Source of the DNA: an uncultured Gemmatimonadaceae bacterium | GTDB lineage: Bacteria > Gemmatimonadota > Gemmatimonadetes > Gemmatimonadales > Gemmatimonadaceae | DNA: 64,000 nt | Reading direction: 5' to 3' | Assembly: GCA_963781585.1 (NCBI GenBank) | Contig: CAWAGQ010000013.1 | Coordinates: forward strand, 192,001-256,000 | Shown: positions 30,548 to 43,462 of the stretch, in pieces | Position numbering within the stretch: the stretch's first letter is position 1 | Layout: each line of letters starts with the position of its first letter | Program-made: the position numbers and the translations under genes | Notes under the pieces: model-generated | What the model was told of the DNA's origin: nothing | Seen by the model: the letters and a program-made list of their open reading frames with translations, nothing else | Database searches by the model: none

Positions 30548-31714
30548 CTATCGCGCCGTCCACGCACCGCAGCGCGGTTGCGCAGGTGGCTCGCCGTCGC
30601 GTGGCGTGACCTCCTTTCCAGAGTGCTGGCCGCCTCGTACGTGAAGCACCTGGACGCGTTCCAAGCCGTCCTGGATATAGCGAACGCCCAGCACCCAATC
30701 CGTGCCGAACTGCGTCGGGAAGAACCGGGGAGGCAATTCGAGTCGGGCTTCGGCGCGACCGCTACGATATGCCGTCCAAACCAGCGGATAGACCCCTGGC
30801 CTCGCGGGATCCTGAACCCAGATGCGGCCGTCGGTGCCACCGACGATGTCTCGATATGCAGGCGCCGCCTCGGCATACTCGGCTCCGAATATCGCCCCCA
30901 CGCCACCATCGGGCACCATCACCTGACGTGACGACTCCCATCGTTGCTTCATCGCTGCTGTCACGGGTTCCGGCTTCGAAAACGAGGGTACCCGCCGCCG
31001 GATCGAGAAGTCCGGCGCGAACTCAATGAACTCTGCTGCCTCCTGGTCGCCGTAAGCGATTCCGTTTGCCAGGAGCGCAACGACGCCCGCCCGCTCCATC
31101 CGCACCGAAAACATCATGCGACGGTTCGCCTGCCTGAGTACCTCGATGCCAGGCAACCCGGACACGGAATCCACAACCGTCCCGTCAGCACGCAACCGGA
31201 CGAGCGTGATGGTGAGCCGCTGAATCCCGAGGTCGCCAGTTGGCCCCGTTATGGCGCGGCCGACAAAGGTTCCGTCCTCCATGCGACCAAGCACATCGAA
31301 GCGGACGGGGACTGAAAACGAACGGGTATAGTCGCCACTGCCGGTGAAGAGCGAGACGCGACGTGCGGCCCCATCGAAGATGCCGATCGAATCACCGCCG
31401 GCAGAGAACACACGCCGCAGGTAGCGGAACTCGCCCGGGCCAGAACCGTTTCGTCCCGAGGTTCGGATGTGGAGCCCGTCGCTGTTGTAGAATCGTAGCT
31501 CGCTCGAACCGCAGTCCGCTACCAGAATCCCCCCGTCGCCCAGCCGTAAGGCGCCCGCGATGCCCGCGAAGAGGTAGGGAGCGCCGCGATCCTCAGCTCC
31601 GATACTGAGAACGGGCTGAAGTTCAGCGACCAGCGACGCCTGCGCTTGAGCGGCGGGTTGTCGACCGAAGCCCGCCACGACTGCAGCACACCCACAGCTG
31701 TAGAGCACGCGCAC
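30548..31714 (-). CDS. Secreted 6-bladed beta-propeller protein
   Basis: ELRFYNSDG...GRNGSGPGEF, DSIGIFD, DWVLGVRYIQDGLERVQV; paralog-like to 5723-6922. Confidence 0.75.
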   Translation of the reverse strand: MRVLYSCGCAAVVAGFGRQPAAQAQASLVAELQPVLSIGAEDRGAPYLFAGIAGALRLGDGGILVADCGSSELRFYNSDGLHIRTSGRNGSGPGEFRYLRRVFSAGGDSIGIFDGAARRVSLFTGSGDYTRSFSVPVRFDVLGRMEDGTFVGRAITGPTGDLGIQRLTITLVRLRADGTVVDSVSGLPGIEVLRQANRRMMFSVRMERAGVVALLANGIAYGDQEAAEFIEFAPDFSIRRRVPSFSKPEPVTAAMKQRWESSRQVMVPDGGVGAIFGAEYAEAAPAYRDIVGGTDGRIWVQDPARPGVYPLVWTAYRSGRAEARLELPPRFFPTQFGTDWVLGVRYIQDGLERVQVLHVRGGQHSGKEVTPRDGEPPAQPRCGAWTAR

Positions 31715-31749
31715 GCGACAGTTCCTCTTTCTCAGAAGCCGGCCGCAGC

Positions 31750-34700
31750 CTATTCCATCACTATCGTAATCTTCCCCGCCATCATCTCATTGAACGCCTT
31801 CACATCGGTGTCGATGAGTTTGGTGTAGGCCGCCTTCGCCGCAGTGAGGTCCTTCTCGATCTCCGCCAGCACGGCGAGCGACGCATCGGTGGGGCGGTAC
31901 TCGGCACCGCCGGCCACGTCACCCGCGCCGCTCCCCACTTCGCCCGACAGCCAGATCAGGTTCATCAGCACCTTGTACTTCTCCACGTACCACTTGTCGT
32001 CGCTGTGAAGATCGCTGCGCGACAGGAGCTGCAGCTCCACGTCCATCATCTTCTTGTCCATGTCCTCGATGGACTTGAGCATGTCAGCCTTGCCGGCGTT
32101 CGCCTTGCGCTGATCCTCGAGCTGCTTCCGCATCACCTCCAACCGGTTGATCATGTTGACGGCAGTATTCATGTCGTCGCGGATGCGGATCTGGGTCTTC
32201 GTCGAAAGCGCGAGATCGGCGTCACTGGCAGTGATGGTTGGATCCCGGCGGATCTGGAGTCCCTGGGTGTACGGCTTGCCGTTGATGGTGAGCCGCACCG
32301 AATAACGACCCGGGACGCCGAGCGGGCCGGTGCGCTCCGGGCCCTGGATGCCCCAGTGCTCGAGCGGACGGATTTCCTTGCCCTTGAAGCGGGGCTCGTC
32401 CCAGATGTGCGGGTTGTCCGGCGGCGTAGTTCGCATCTCCACCTGCTTCGGGCCGTCGTACCGCACGTCCCAGACGACCCGATTGAGGCCGGTGCGCCCC
32501 ATCTGATGGATGGTGCGGATAACCGTACCGGTCGAATCGGCGATCTCGATCGCGAGCGTGTCCTTCGGCGCCGCCTTGAGGTTGAAATTGATGTCGATGC
32601 TCCCGCCGCGCGGCTCGCGGAAGCCGGTACGAGGCGCGAACAAGAAGGCGTCGGCGTCGGCCACTACCTTGTCCGCCTGCTCGAGCATCGTGATATCGCG
32701 CAGCACGTACAAGCCGCGCCCGTACGTCGACACCACCACGTCATGATAGGGCTTGGAGACCACGATCCACGTAACCGGGGCCGCCGGGAGCCCGTTCTTG
32801 AACTGGGTCCAGTGCCCACCGTCGTCCATGGAGTAGTAGAACGCGTTTCCCGTGCCGGCGAACAGCATCCCGCGCCGGTTGGGGTTCTCGGCGACGGACA
32901 TCGCGTACGACAGCGGATGGTCCGACGGCAGCCCGTCGCTGATTCTCGTCCACGTCTTGCCGAAGTCGCTGGTCTTGTAGATGTACGGCTTCCGGTCGTC
33001 CATCAGGTGCAGATCGACGGTCACGTACGCCGTTGCGGGATCGAAATGCGACGGTTCGATCTTGCGCACCGTGCCCCAGGCCGGCAGCCCGGAAATATTC
33101 CTGCTGACGTTGGTCCAGTTGCCACCGCCGGTGGTCGTGTACCAGATCTGGCCGTCGTTGGTCCCGGCCCAGATCAGACCCTTCTGGGTGTCGGACGGGG
33201 CAATGGCGAAGACCACCTCGCCGTAGAATTGCCCGAGGTTGTCGCCCACGACGCCGCCTGACGAGACGATCCGGCTGGAGTCCCGGGTCGAGAGGTCGGG
33301 GCTCACCACGCTCCAGCTCTGCCCCGCGTTGGACGTTTTGAAGATGACCTGGCAGCCGTAGTAGACGGTATTGGGGTCGAACGGGTCGATCGCCAGCGGC
33401 GGAGTCCAGTGGCACCGGTATTTCGCGTCGTTAGGCGGCGAATCGAGTGTGTGGACCCAGGGACTCACCGAGCGGGCGCTGCCCAGTTTCGCGTCGTACC
33501 GCGTGACCTGGTTGCCGTAGCAGCTGGCCCAGATGATGTCGGGATTGCCGGGCGTGGGCAGCGTGAAGCCGGATTCACATCCGCCGAGTCCACCCTGCCA
33601 TGCGTTGCTCCCGCCCCGTCCGCCCCGTCCCCCCCCACCGAAGCGCCCGAAGCCTCCACCTCCGCCGCCCGGGCCCCCGTCCCCGCGGCCGCCGCGGGCC
33701 GGCGCCACGATGTTGGGCAGCGGCACCGGTTGGTTGCTGGGCCCGCGCATCGTGCCGTCATCCTGGCGGTTGCTGTAGATCCAGTACGGCACCTGGTCGT
33801 CGATCGCCACGTGATACATCTGGCCGATGGGGAGATCAATCGTGGTGAAGCTCTGGCCGTGATTTCGGGTATAGCCGGCTCCCGCGTCACCGGTCACCAC
33901 CCAGTGCGCCGGATTCCGCTGGTCCATCCAGATGTCGTGGCAGTCGCCACACCCCCCGCCGCTCACCGCGAACGTCACGCCGCCGTCGAGCGACCGGTGA
34001 AAGGTGCTGTTGGCCACGAGCACCTCGAGATCGTTCTGCGGGTTGACCTCGATGCGGATGTAGTAGCCGGCGCGGCCGATCAGCGTGCGATCCCAGCTCA
34101 CCACCTGCCACGCCTCGCCCCCGTCGTCGGAACGCCAGAGCGAGCCCTGATCCGGCGTCTGGATGAGCGCGTACACGCGCTTGGGATTCGACGGCGCCAC
34201 CGAAACGTCGATCTTTCCCACCGGCGACTTCGGGAGCCCCTTCTCGAGCCGCGTCCAGGTGGAGCCACTGTCGCGCGAGACGTACACGCCGCTCCCCGGC
34301 CCGCCGCTGAACATCGCCCAGGTGTGCATTACGACTTCCCACGTGCCCGCGAACAGGACTTTCGGGTCGCTGCGATCGATGGTCAGCCCGGAACATCCCG
34401 TGTTCTCGTTCACGAACAGCACGCGCTCCCAGGTTGTCCCGCCGTCCTTCGTGCGATACACGCCGCGTTCCTGCTGCGGACCCGTGGTACGACCCAGCGC
34501 ACACACGTAGACGATGTTGGGATTGGTCGGGTTGATGATGATGCGCCCGATGCGCCCAGTCTCGTCGAGCCCCATGTGCTTCCAGGTGGCGCCGGCGTCG
34601 GTGGACTTGTAGACCCCGTCTCCCATGACGTCGGCATCCCGAATCGCCCACGCCTCTCCCGTTCCGGCCCACACGATCCGCGGATTCGACGGCGCCACGG

Positions 34701-35013
34701 CGAGCGCGCCGATCGCCTGCACCGGCTCGTCGTCGAAGATGGGCGTGAAGGTCTCGGCGCCGTCGGTGGTCTTCCAGATGCCGCCCGATGCCGCGCCGAA
34801 GTAGTAGGTTGTCGTGTCACCGGGCACGCCGGCGACCGAGGCAACCCGCCCGGCCGGCGCCGGCCCGACGTACTGGAAACGGGGAGGCTGCGGCGGAGGC
34901 GCCGCCTGACCGCCACGACCCCCGCGCTGCGCGAGGGCGCTAGACGACAACCCGGAAACCAGGCAGAGCGCGCCGAGCGCGGCGCGGGTCGAGCAGCGTG
35001 CTATGGCATCCAT
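31750..35013 (-). CDS. Secreted BNR/Asp-box (VPS10/sialidase-like) glycosyl hydrolase-like protein
   Basis: Repeated S/T-x-D-x-G-x-T/S-W Asp boxes, WAGTGE, WAGTNDG; GAGGAG SD before ATG 35013. Confidence 0.85.
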   Translation of the reverse strand: MDAIARCSTRAALGALCLVSGLSSSALAQRGGRGGQAAPPPQPPRFQYVGPAPAGRVASVAGVPGDTTTYYFGAASGGIWKTTDGAETFTPIFDDEPVQAIGALAVAPSNPRIVWAGTGEAWAIRDADVMGDGVYKSTDAGATWKHMGLDETGRIGRIIINPTNPNIVYVCALGRTTGPQQERGVYRTKDGGTTWERVLFVNENTGCSGLTIDRSDPKVLFAGTWEVVMHTWAMFSGGPGSGVYVSRDSGSTWTRLEKGLPKSPVGKIDVSVAPSNPKRVYALIQTPDQGSLWRSDDGGEAWQVVSWDRTLIGRAGYYIRIEVNPQNDLEVLVANSTFHRSLDGGVTFAVSGGGCGDCHDIWMDQRNPAHWVVTGDAGAGYTRNHGQSFTTIDLPIGQMYHVAIDDQVPYWIYSNRQDDGTMRGPSNQPVPLPNIVAPARGGRGDGGPGGGGGGFGRFGGGGRGGRGGSNAWQGGLGGCESGFTLPTPGNPDIIWASCYGNQVTRYDAKLGSARSVSPWVHTLDSPPNDAKYRCHWTPPLAIDPFDPNTVYYGCQVIFKTSNAGQSWSVVSPDLSTRDSSRIVSSGGVVGDNLGQFYGEVVFAIAPSDTQKGLIWAGTNDGQIWYTTTGGGNWTNVSRNISGLPAWGTVRKIEPSHFDPATAYVTVDLHLMDDRKPYIYKTSDFGKTWTRISDGLPSDHPLSYAMSVAENPNRRGMLFAGTGNAFYYSMDDGGHWTQFKNGLPAAPVTWIVVSKPYHDVVVSTYGRGLYVLRDITMLEQADKVVADADAFLFAPRTGFREPRGGSIDINFNLKAAPKDTLAIEIADSTGTVIRTIHQMGRTGLNRVVWDVRYDGPKQVEMRTTPPDNPHIWDEPRFKGKEIRPLEHWGIQGPERTGPLGVPGRYSVRLTINGKPYTQGLQIRRDPTITASDADLALSTKTQIRIRDDMNTAVNMINRLEVMRKQLEDQRKANAGKADMLKSIEDMDKKMMDVELQLLSRSDLHSDDKWYVEKYKVLMNLIWLSGEVGSGAGDVAGGAEYRPTDASLAVLAEIEKDLTAAKAAYTKLIDTDVKAFNEMMAGKITIVME

Positions 35014-35220
35014 TGACTCCTCTCTATCTGACGCAGGATCGCGATCGCGCGCATGCGAAAGCGGTTCAGTCGAGGGGTGGCTTCCGGAAAAGTCCCGGGG
35101 ACATCCCCCCATACAGGGACGATGGTGGTCGGCGAAACCGGGCCGGCGTGACCGGACTAAAGCTGCGTTGGGAAGCGTACTCGTCGCAACGAGCAGCGGT
35201 AATTCGGCGCAGACCGGAAA

Positions 35221-36297
35221 TCAGGCCAGCTTTTGAGAGGTCGTACGGTCGAAAAGATGAATGGCAGCGGTCGGGACGCCCACCGGAACCACGTCGTCCG
35301 GCTGAACCGGTGGCTCCGACCGCGCAGCAGCGAGCAGCGCGTCCCCGTCCGGGAGCGCGAGATGCAGGATCTGTTCGTTTCCCAGCCGTTCCACGAGAGT
35401 GACGGACAGGCGGAGCGCCTCGGGTTCGTCGCTCAGCGTCAGGTCGTGAGGTCGGATTCCGAGCAGCACCGTCCGATCGCGGTGGGACGAAGCCGCCGGT
35501 GAGAGTGCGATGCTGAGGCCGCTTCCCTCGAAGCGGCAATGCTCCCCAGTGCAGCGGATCGTGCCGCGGAGGAGGTTCATGGCCGGGCTGCCGATGAAGG
35601 TAGCCACGAACGCGTTGGCCGGGCGGCGGTAGAGCGCGTCGGGGGTATCGACCTGCTGCAGGGCTCCGTCGCGAAGTACCGCCACCCGGTCGCCTAACGT
35701 CATGGCCTCCACCTGATCGTGGGTGACGTAGAGCATGGTGGCGGCAAGCCGGCGATGCAGCCGCGCCAACTCGGCGCGGGTACCGGCGCGGAGCTGGGCA
35801 TCGAGGTTGGAGAGCGGTTCGTCGAACAGAAACGCGCGTGGCTCGCGCACGATCGCGCGCCCCAGTGCCACCCGCTGCCGCTGCCCGCCGGAGAGTTGCG
35901 CCGGACGTCGCTCGAGAAGCTCCACGATGTCGAGCAGCCGCGCCACGTCGTCGACGCGGCGGGCGATCTCCGCTTGCGGGCGTCCGCGCACGCGGAGTCC
36001 GAAGCCGAGGTTCCGGCGAACCGTCATGTGCGGGTAGAGCGCGTAGCTCTGGAAGACCATCGCCACGCCCCGGTCCTGTGGCGGAATCGTGGTGACGTCC
36101 TGGTCGTCGAACAGGACGCGCCCCGCGGTGGGGGCTTCGAGCCCGGCGACGAGCCGCAGCGCCGTAGACTTGCCGCTGCCGGACGGTCCCACCAGAACCA
36201 GGAATTCGCCGTCGGATACGGTGAGATTCAGATCGTCCAGCGCCACCGGACCGGACGGAAAGCGCTTCGTCAGGTGTTCGAGCCGGATGCGAGCCAC
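35221..36297 (-). CDS. Sugar ABC transporter ATP-binding protein (MalK/UgpC/SugC-like)
   Basis: GPSGSGKST, VFQSYALYPHM, LSGGQRQRVA, DEPLSNLDA, YVTHDQVEAMT. Confidence 0.95.
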   Translation of the reverse strand: MARIRLEHLTKRFPSGPVALDDLNLTVSDGEFLVLVGPSGSGKSTALRLVAGLEAPTAGRVLFDDQDVTTIPPQDRGVAMVFQSYALYPHMTVRRNLGFGLRVRGRPQAEIARRVDDVARLLDIVELLERRPAQLSGGQRQRVALGRAIVREPRAFLFDEPLSNLDAQLRAGTRAELARLHRRLAATMLYVTHDQVEAMTLGDRVAVLRDGALQQVDTPDALYRRPANAFVATFIGSPAMNLLRGTIRCTGEHCRFEGSGLSIALSPAASSHRDRTVLLGIRPHDLTLSDEPEALRLSVTLVERLGNEQILHLALPDGDALLAAARSEPPVQPDDVVPVGVPTAAIHLFDRTTSQKLA

Positions 36298-36303
36298 GCG
36301 CGT

Positions 36304-37185
36304 CTAGCCCCGCACCGCGCCGGAGGTCAGCCCGCTCACGATCCGGCGCTGGAAGGCGAGCACGACGGCGGCCACCGGTACAGTCGCGACCACGGCCGCG
36401 GCGAGGATCTCGCCCCACGGCACCTGGTACTGGCCGCGGAAGAGCGCGATGGCCACCGGTACGGTCTGGTGTTCCGGCCCCAGTGTGAACGACAACGCGA
36501 ACAGGAACTCGTTCCAGCAGAACACGAAGACGAGAATGGCGGTGGTGGCCAGTCCAGGCACCGCCAGCGGGAGAATGACGCGCGTGAACGCCTGCCAGCG
36601 TGAGGCCCCGTCGATCAGGGCCGCCTCCTCGAGATCGCGCGGGAGCTGGCGGTAGAACGAGACCAGCAACCAGATGGCCAGCGGCATGGCGAAGGCGAGG
36701 TACGGCAGGATGAGTCCCGCGAAGGTGTCGATCAGCCGCAGGCTGCGCAGCAGCAGATAGAGCGGGCTCACGATCGCGATCTGGGGAAACATCGTCACCA
36801 CCAGCACGAAGGCAAGGATGGCGCGCCGCCGCCGCACCCGGAGCCGCGCCAGCGCGTAGGCCGCCAAACCGCCTAACGACACGCACAGCGCGGTGGTGCA
36901 CCCGGCCACCACCAGCGAGTTCCGCAGGGGGAGCCAGAAGTGGCGCTGGGTGAACACCGCGCGGTAGTGCGACAGCGTCAGGGCCCGCGGCCAGAGGGTG
37001 GGTTGGCGGAACAGCGCGGCCTCGGGCGTCACCGACGCCACCACCAGCCAGCAGGCGGGCAGGGCGATGGCGACCAGCACGATGCCGAGACCGGCGCTCC
37101 AGGCCCACCGGGGAAGCCGCGCGGTCACCCGGCGCCCGGCGTCAGGTGGGCGATCTTCCCTGCTCCGGGTGGACGACGCGGTCAC
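36304..37185 (-). CDS. Carbohydrate ABC transporter permease (SugB/MalG-like)
   Basis: NSLVVA, LEEAALIDGA, WNEFLFAL, FQRRIVSGLTSGAVRG; GTG start overlaps the upstream TGA. Confidence 0.92.
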   Translation of the reverse strand: MTASSTRSREDRPPDAGRRVTARLPRWAWSAGLGIVLVAIALPACWLVVASVTPEAALFRQPTLWPRALTLSHYRAVFTQRHFWLPLRNSLVVAGCTTALCVSLGGLAAYALARLRVRRRRAILAFVLVVTMFPQIAIVSPLYLLLRSLRLIDTFAGLILPYLAFAMPLAIWLLVSFYRQLPRDLEEAALIDGASRWQAFTRVILPLAVPGLATTAILVFVFCWNEFLFALSFTLGPEHQTVPVAIALFRGQYQVPWGEILAAAVVATVPVAAVVLAFQRRIVSGLTSGAVRG

Positions 37186-38155
37186 GGCGCGCTCCGCGTG
37201 AGGTCGGCACCCAGGCCGCGCACGTACACCAGCGCGAGGAGGCCGGTGACGGCGAACACGCACACCGAGAGCGCCGCCCCGTACCCGAACCGCAGGTTCT
37301 GGAGCAGCGTGGTAAACGTGTACAGGGCGACCGGTTCGGTGGAGGTGCCGGGTCCGCCGGCCGTGAGCACGTATATCAGATCGAAGACGCGGAAGGCGTC
37401 GAGCGTGCGGAAGATGAGCGCGACCAGGATGGCGGGGCGCAGCAGCGGGAGCGTGATGTGCCAGAGACGGCGCCAGGCGCCGGCTCCGTCGACCGCGGCG
37501 GCCTCGTACAGCGACGCGTCGATGTTCTGCAGCCCGGCCAGGAGCAGGAGCGCCACGAACGGCGTGGTCTTCCAGATGTCCGCGAGCATGATGGGGATCC
37601 ATGCCGTCGTGGCGCGGACGAACCAGACGACGGGGTGATCGATCACGCCGACGCCCATCAGCACGGCGTTGGCGATGCCGGCCTGGGTGTCGAACAGGAA
37701 ACGCCACAGCAGGGCGACCACCACGGTGGGGATTGCCCACGGCAGAACGATTGCGGCGCGCACGAGCCCGCGACCGTGGAACGCACGATTCATGGCGAGC
37801 GCGAACCCCAGTCCCAGCAGCAGCTCGGCTGACACGGTGACGCCGGTGAACAGCGCGGTGTGCGCGAGCGCGAGCAGGAAGCGGGGGTCGTGCGCGACCG
37901 CGATGTAGTTGGCCAGTCCCACGAACGGCTCACCGAGCCACGGCATCCGCAGGTCATGGCGGTGGAGCGATTCCCAGATCGTCCAGCCCAGGGGGAAGAT
38001 CGCCATCAGCAGAACGACACCGATGGCGGGCGCGATCAGTGCACCGGCAAGCCGGCGCTCACTGCGGGCCATGTCGTCTGCCGGACCGTGTCGGCTGCCG
38101 AAGGGACCGTCAGACGCTTCTGCCGCGCGTGCTGCACTCCCCGAAGGTGACGGAC

Positions 38156-38159
<4 letters not shown>
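37182..38159 (-). CDS. Carbohydrate ABC transporter permease (SugA/MalF-like)
   Basis: FVGLANY, LPWAIPTVV, DIWKTTPF, LYEAAAVDGA, FRVFD. Confidence 0.92.
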
Positions 38160-39497
<1,338 letters not shown>

Positions 39498-39505
<8 letters not shown>

Positions 39506-41399
39506 CCTTGAATACGATCATGGCCAGGGGTGGCAGCGTGACGATGATGCTGTTCAGATGTCCGTGCTGCCCCACCGGAACACTCTCCACGCCGCCCAGA
39601 TTGCCCTGGCCGCTCCCGCCGTAGAGCGGAGCGTCGCTGTTCAGAATCTCTTCCCAGTATCCGGCATGGGGGACGCCCACGCGGTAGTTGTGCCGGGGGA
39701 TGGGCGTGAAGTTGCAGCAGATGACGAGTGGTGGCGCCGGCGGATCGCCGCGCCGCAGCATCAGCAGGATGCTTTGCTGGGCGTCGTTGCAGTCGATCCA
39801 GGTGAATCCCGCGGGGTCGAAGTCGAGCTGGTAGAACGCCGGCTGGCCGCGATAGCTGGTGTTCAGGTCGCGCACCCAGCGACGGAGGCCCTGATGCATG
39901 GCCTCGTTCAGCAGGTGCCAGTCCAGGCTGCGGTCGTGGTTCCATTCGGCCACCTGGCCGAACTCGCCCCCCATGAACAGCAGCTTCTTGCCGGTCACCG
40001 CGTACTGGTAGCCGAACAGGAGCCGGAGGTTGGCGAACTTCTGCCAGCGGTCGCCGGGCATCTTGCCGAACAGCGATCCCTTGCCGTGTACCGCCTCGTC
40101 GTGCGAGAGGGGGAGGAGGAAGTTCTCGGAGAGCGCGTAGAGGCCGCGGAAGGTCAGGTTGGTGTGGTGGTGCTTGCGGTGCACGGGGTCACGCGAGAAA
40201 TAGTCCAGCGTGTCGTGCATCCAGCCCATGTCCCACTTCATCCCGAAGCCGAGGCCACCGAGGTAGGTGGGCCGCGACACCATGGGCCAGGCGGTCGATT
40301 CCTCGGCCACCGTGACCGCGCCCGGGCGTTCGCGGTAGATCTCCTCGTTCATCCGGCGCAGGAAGCCGATTGCGCCGAGGTTCTCCCGTCCCCCGAACTC
40401 GTTCGGGATCCACTCGCCCGGTTTGCGCGAGTAGTCCAGGTAGAGCATCGACGCGACCGCGTCCACCCGCAGGCCGTCGGCGTGATATTCGTCGAGCCAG
40501 AACAACGCGCTGCTGATCAGGAAGCTGCGGACTTCGTGCCGGTCATAGTTGAAGATCGCGCTGTTCCAGTCCGGGTGATGTCCCTTGCGCGGATCGCCGT
40601 GCTCGTAGAGATGCGTGCCGTCGAAGTACACCAGGCCGTGCTCGTCGGCAGGGAAGTGCGACGGCACCCAGTCGAGAATGACGCCGATCCCGTTCCGGTG
40701 CAGCACATCGATCAGATACATGAGATCCTGCGGCGTCCCGTAGCGGCTCGACGGGGCGAAGTAGCCGGTGGTCTGGTAGCCCCACGACCCGTAGAACGGG
40801 TGCTCCATGATCGGCAGGAGCTCCACGTGCGTGAACCCGGCGTCGAGGACGTAGTCCACCAGGCTGGTCGCGAGCTCGCGGTAGGTGAGCATCCGGTTCC
40901 CCTCTTCGGGGACGCGGCGCCACGAGCCGATGTGGACCTCGTAGATGGCCATCGGATCGCGCAGCGGCTGGCGCGACGACATCGCGTCACGCCACGCCTG
41001 ATCTCCCCATTCGTAGTCCAGTCCCCACACGATCGACGCCTGTCGCGGTGGTTCCTCGCAGCGGAAGGCGAGGGGATCCGCCTTGTCTACGCGGAAACGC
41101 CCCCGGCGCGACCGGATGTGGTATTTGTATGCCGCGCCGGCCGCGACCTCCGGAATGAATCCCTGCCAGACGCCGGAATCACCAGCCGACTCCAGCTGGT
41201 GGCTGTTGGTGTCCCAGCCGTTGAAGTCGCCCATCACCGAGACCGATTCGGCGTTAGGCGCCCAGACGCCGAAGGTGACACCACGCTGCCCGTTCCGCTG
41301 AGCGAAGTGCGCGCCCAGATGCCGGTAGAGCCGGAACTGGGTGCCCTCGCCGAACAGATAGAGGGCGTCGGCCGTGAGCAGGGAGTTCGCGCCGGCCAT
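39498..41399 (-). CDS. glgB: 1,4-alpha-glucan branching enzyme
   Basis: VWAPNA, YEVHIGSW, SWGYQ, DWVPSHFP, GLRVDAVASM, AEESTAWP, LSHDE; ATG overlaps the glgE stop (TGATG). Confidence 0.96.
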
Positions 41400-43462
41400 C
41401 ACAGGTAGTAGTCGAAGTCCCGCTCGGTCTTGAGCCGGCGACGCACGCGGAAGATGTGCGCGGGCACCGAGGCCGGATCGAGCGAGATGAAGTTGCGCGG
41501 ACCATGCCACAGGTAGCGCGCGTCGCTCACCAGGTCGTGCACCTGAAATGGCGTGTCGGCGTCCAGTTCGAAATCGGCCAGCGGCAGCGTCAACCACCCC
41601 GAATGCGCATGGTGCGGGTTCAGGTTCACGACCACGATCAGCAGGTCACTCTGGTCGGGCGTGCTGCGCGCGTACGCGACCAGCTCCTCATTGTCGATCT
41701 CCAGGAATTGGAGCCCCGGATGTGCGAACGCCGGATTCGCGCGGCGGATGGCGTTGACCCGCGTGATGAATGGCGCCAGCGAATCGTCACGCTCGAGGTC
41801 CCAGTGACGCACCTGATACTTCTCGGAATCGAGATACTCCTCGGTCCCGGGAACCGCACCGGCGTCGAACAGCTCGAACGTGGGTCCATAGATGCCGTAG
41901 TTGCCGGCCAGCGTCGCGGCCAGCACGAACCGGATCTGATGCGCGGCCCGGCCACCCGCCTGCAGGTACTCGTGGAGTATGTCGGGCGTGTTGGCGAACA
42001 GATTCGGCCGCAGATACTCGGCGACCTCGGTCTGTGTGAGCTCGGTGAAATAGTCGGTGAGCTCCTTCCTGGTGTTGCGCCAGGTGAAGTACGTGTACGA
42101 CTGCGAGAATCCGCTCTTGGCGAGGTGCCGCATCACCTTGGGCCGGGTAAATGCCTCGGACAGGAAAATCACGGTCGGATGCTGCGCGCGCACTTCCCGG
42201 ATCAGCCACTCCCAGAATGCAAACGGCTTGGTATGTGGATTATCCACGCGGAAGATCTCGACGCCATGGCCGATCCAGAACAGCACCACGCGCTTCATCT
42301 CCTGCCAGAGCGCCGACCAGTCGGTCGACTCGAAGAACAGCGGGTAGATGTCCTGGTACTTCTTGGGCGGATTCTCCGCGTACTGAATCGTCCCGTCCGG
42401 GCGATGACGGAACCACGCCGGATGCTCACGCGTGTACGGGTGGTCGGGCGAACACTGCAGCGCAAGGTCGAGGGCAATCTCCAGGCCCTGCTTCCGCGCC
42501 TCGTGCACCAGCAGATCGAAGTCGTCGAACGTCCCGAGCTGCGGATGAATGGCATCGTGTCCGCCATCGAGCGAACCGATCGCCCACGGGCTCCCCACGT
42601 CGTCGGCGCTCGCCGAGACGCTGTTGTTGGGTCCCTTGCGGTGGGTGACGCCGATGGGATGAATCGGTGTCAGATACAGCACGTCGAAGCCCAGCGACGC
42701 CACGTAGGGAAGGCGCGCGATCACGTCTCGCAGCGTGCCGTGGCGTCCGGGCTCGCTGCCCGCCGATCGCGGAAACATCTCGTACCACGCACCAAACTGC
42801 GCGCGCCGACGCTCCACCTCGACCTGAAGGGCCGGCGCGGAGACGGTCGCCCGTGACCGGTCGAGGTGCTGGCGCATGGTAGCGGCGAGTTCCGGCTCGA
42901 GCGCGGCTTCAACGCGTTCTGCAACAGGTGCGTTGCCGCCGATGAACTTCGCACCCTCGCGGAGCAGGGCCGCGTCGCTCCCGCCACCAGCGGCCACCTC
43001 GCTCAGCATCGCTGCTCCCTGGATCAGCTCGCTGTGCACGTCCTGATCAGCTGCCACCTTCTTCTCGAGTCCCGAGCGCCAGGTGGCGAAGTGATCCACG
43101 CATCCCAGAACGGCATACTCATAGAAGCCGAGTTCCGGCAGCGCAAAGCCGGCACTCCAACGATCGTTGCCAAGTGCCTTCATGGGAACCTCGGTCCACT
43201 GCGGGGCTCCGCGCTTCCGGAATCTCAGCAACGCGACGAGGGCGTCATGTCCCTCTGCGAAGACGTCGGCCGACACTACCAAGCGATCGTCCACCACGCG
43301 CTTCACCGGGAACCGCCCCCCATCAATGCCGGGCTTCACGCCTTCCACGACCACGCGCGGCGGCGGCATCGGTCGCTCGGGGGACTTGTCGGCTACGGCA
43401 ACCGCCGGCGCGGCGACACCGCGCTCGGCGATCGCGCTGGCCGTGCGACGCGTCCCTGTCAT
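41399..43462 (-). CDS. glgE: Alpha-1,4-glucan:maltose-1-phosphate maltosyltransferase
   Basis: WYEMFPRS, PIHPIG, YAENPPKKYQDIYP, FRVDNPHTKP, SQSYTYFTWRN, NTPDIL. Confidence 0.96.
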   Translation of the reverse strand: MTGTRRTASAIAERGVAAPAVAVADKSPERPMPPPRVVVEGVKPGIDGGRFPVKRVVDDRLVVSADVFAEGHDALVALLRFRKRGAPQWTEVPMKALGNDRWSAGFALPELGFYEYAVLGCVDHFATWRSGLEKKVAADQDVHSELIQGAAMLSEVAAGGGSDAALLREGAKFIGGNAPVAERVEAALEPELAATMRQHLDRSRATVSAPALQVEVERRRAQFGAWYEMFPRSAGSEPGRHGTLRDVIARLPYVASLGFDVLYLTPIHPIGVTHRKGPNNSVSASADDVGSPWAIGSLDGGHDAIHPQLGTFDDFDLLVHEARKQGLEIALDLALQCSPDHPYTREHPAWFRHRPDGTIQYAENPPKKYQDIYPLFFESTDWSALWQEMKRVVLFWIGHGVEIFRVDNPHTKPFAFWEWLIREVRAQHPTVIFLSEAFTRPKVMRHLAKSGFSQSYTYFTWRNTRKELTDYFTELTQTEVAEYLRPNLFANTPDILHEYLQAGGRAAHQIRFVLAATLAGNYGIYGPTFELFDAGAVPGTEEYLDSEKYQVRHWDLERDDSLAPFITRVNAIRRANPAFAHPGLQFLEIDNEELVAYARSTPDQSDLLIVVVNLNPHHAHSGWLTLPLADFELDADTPFQVHDLVSDARYLWHGPRNFISLDPASVPAHIFRVRRRLKTERDFDYYL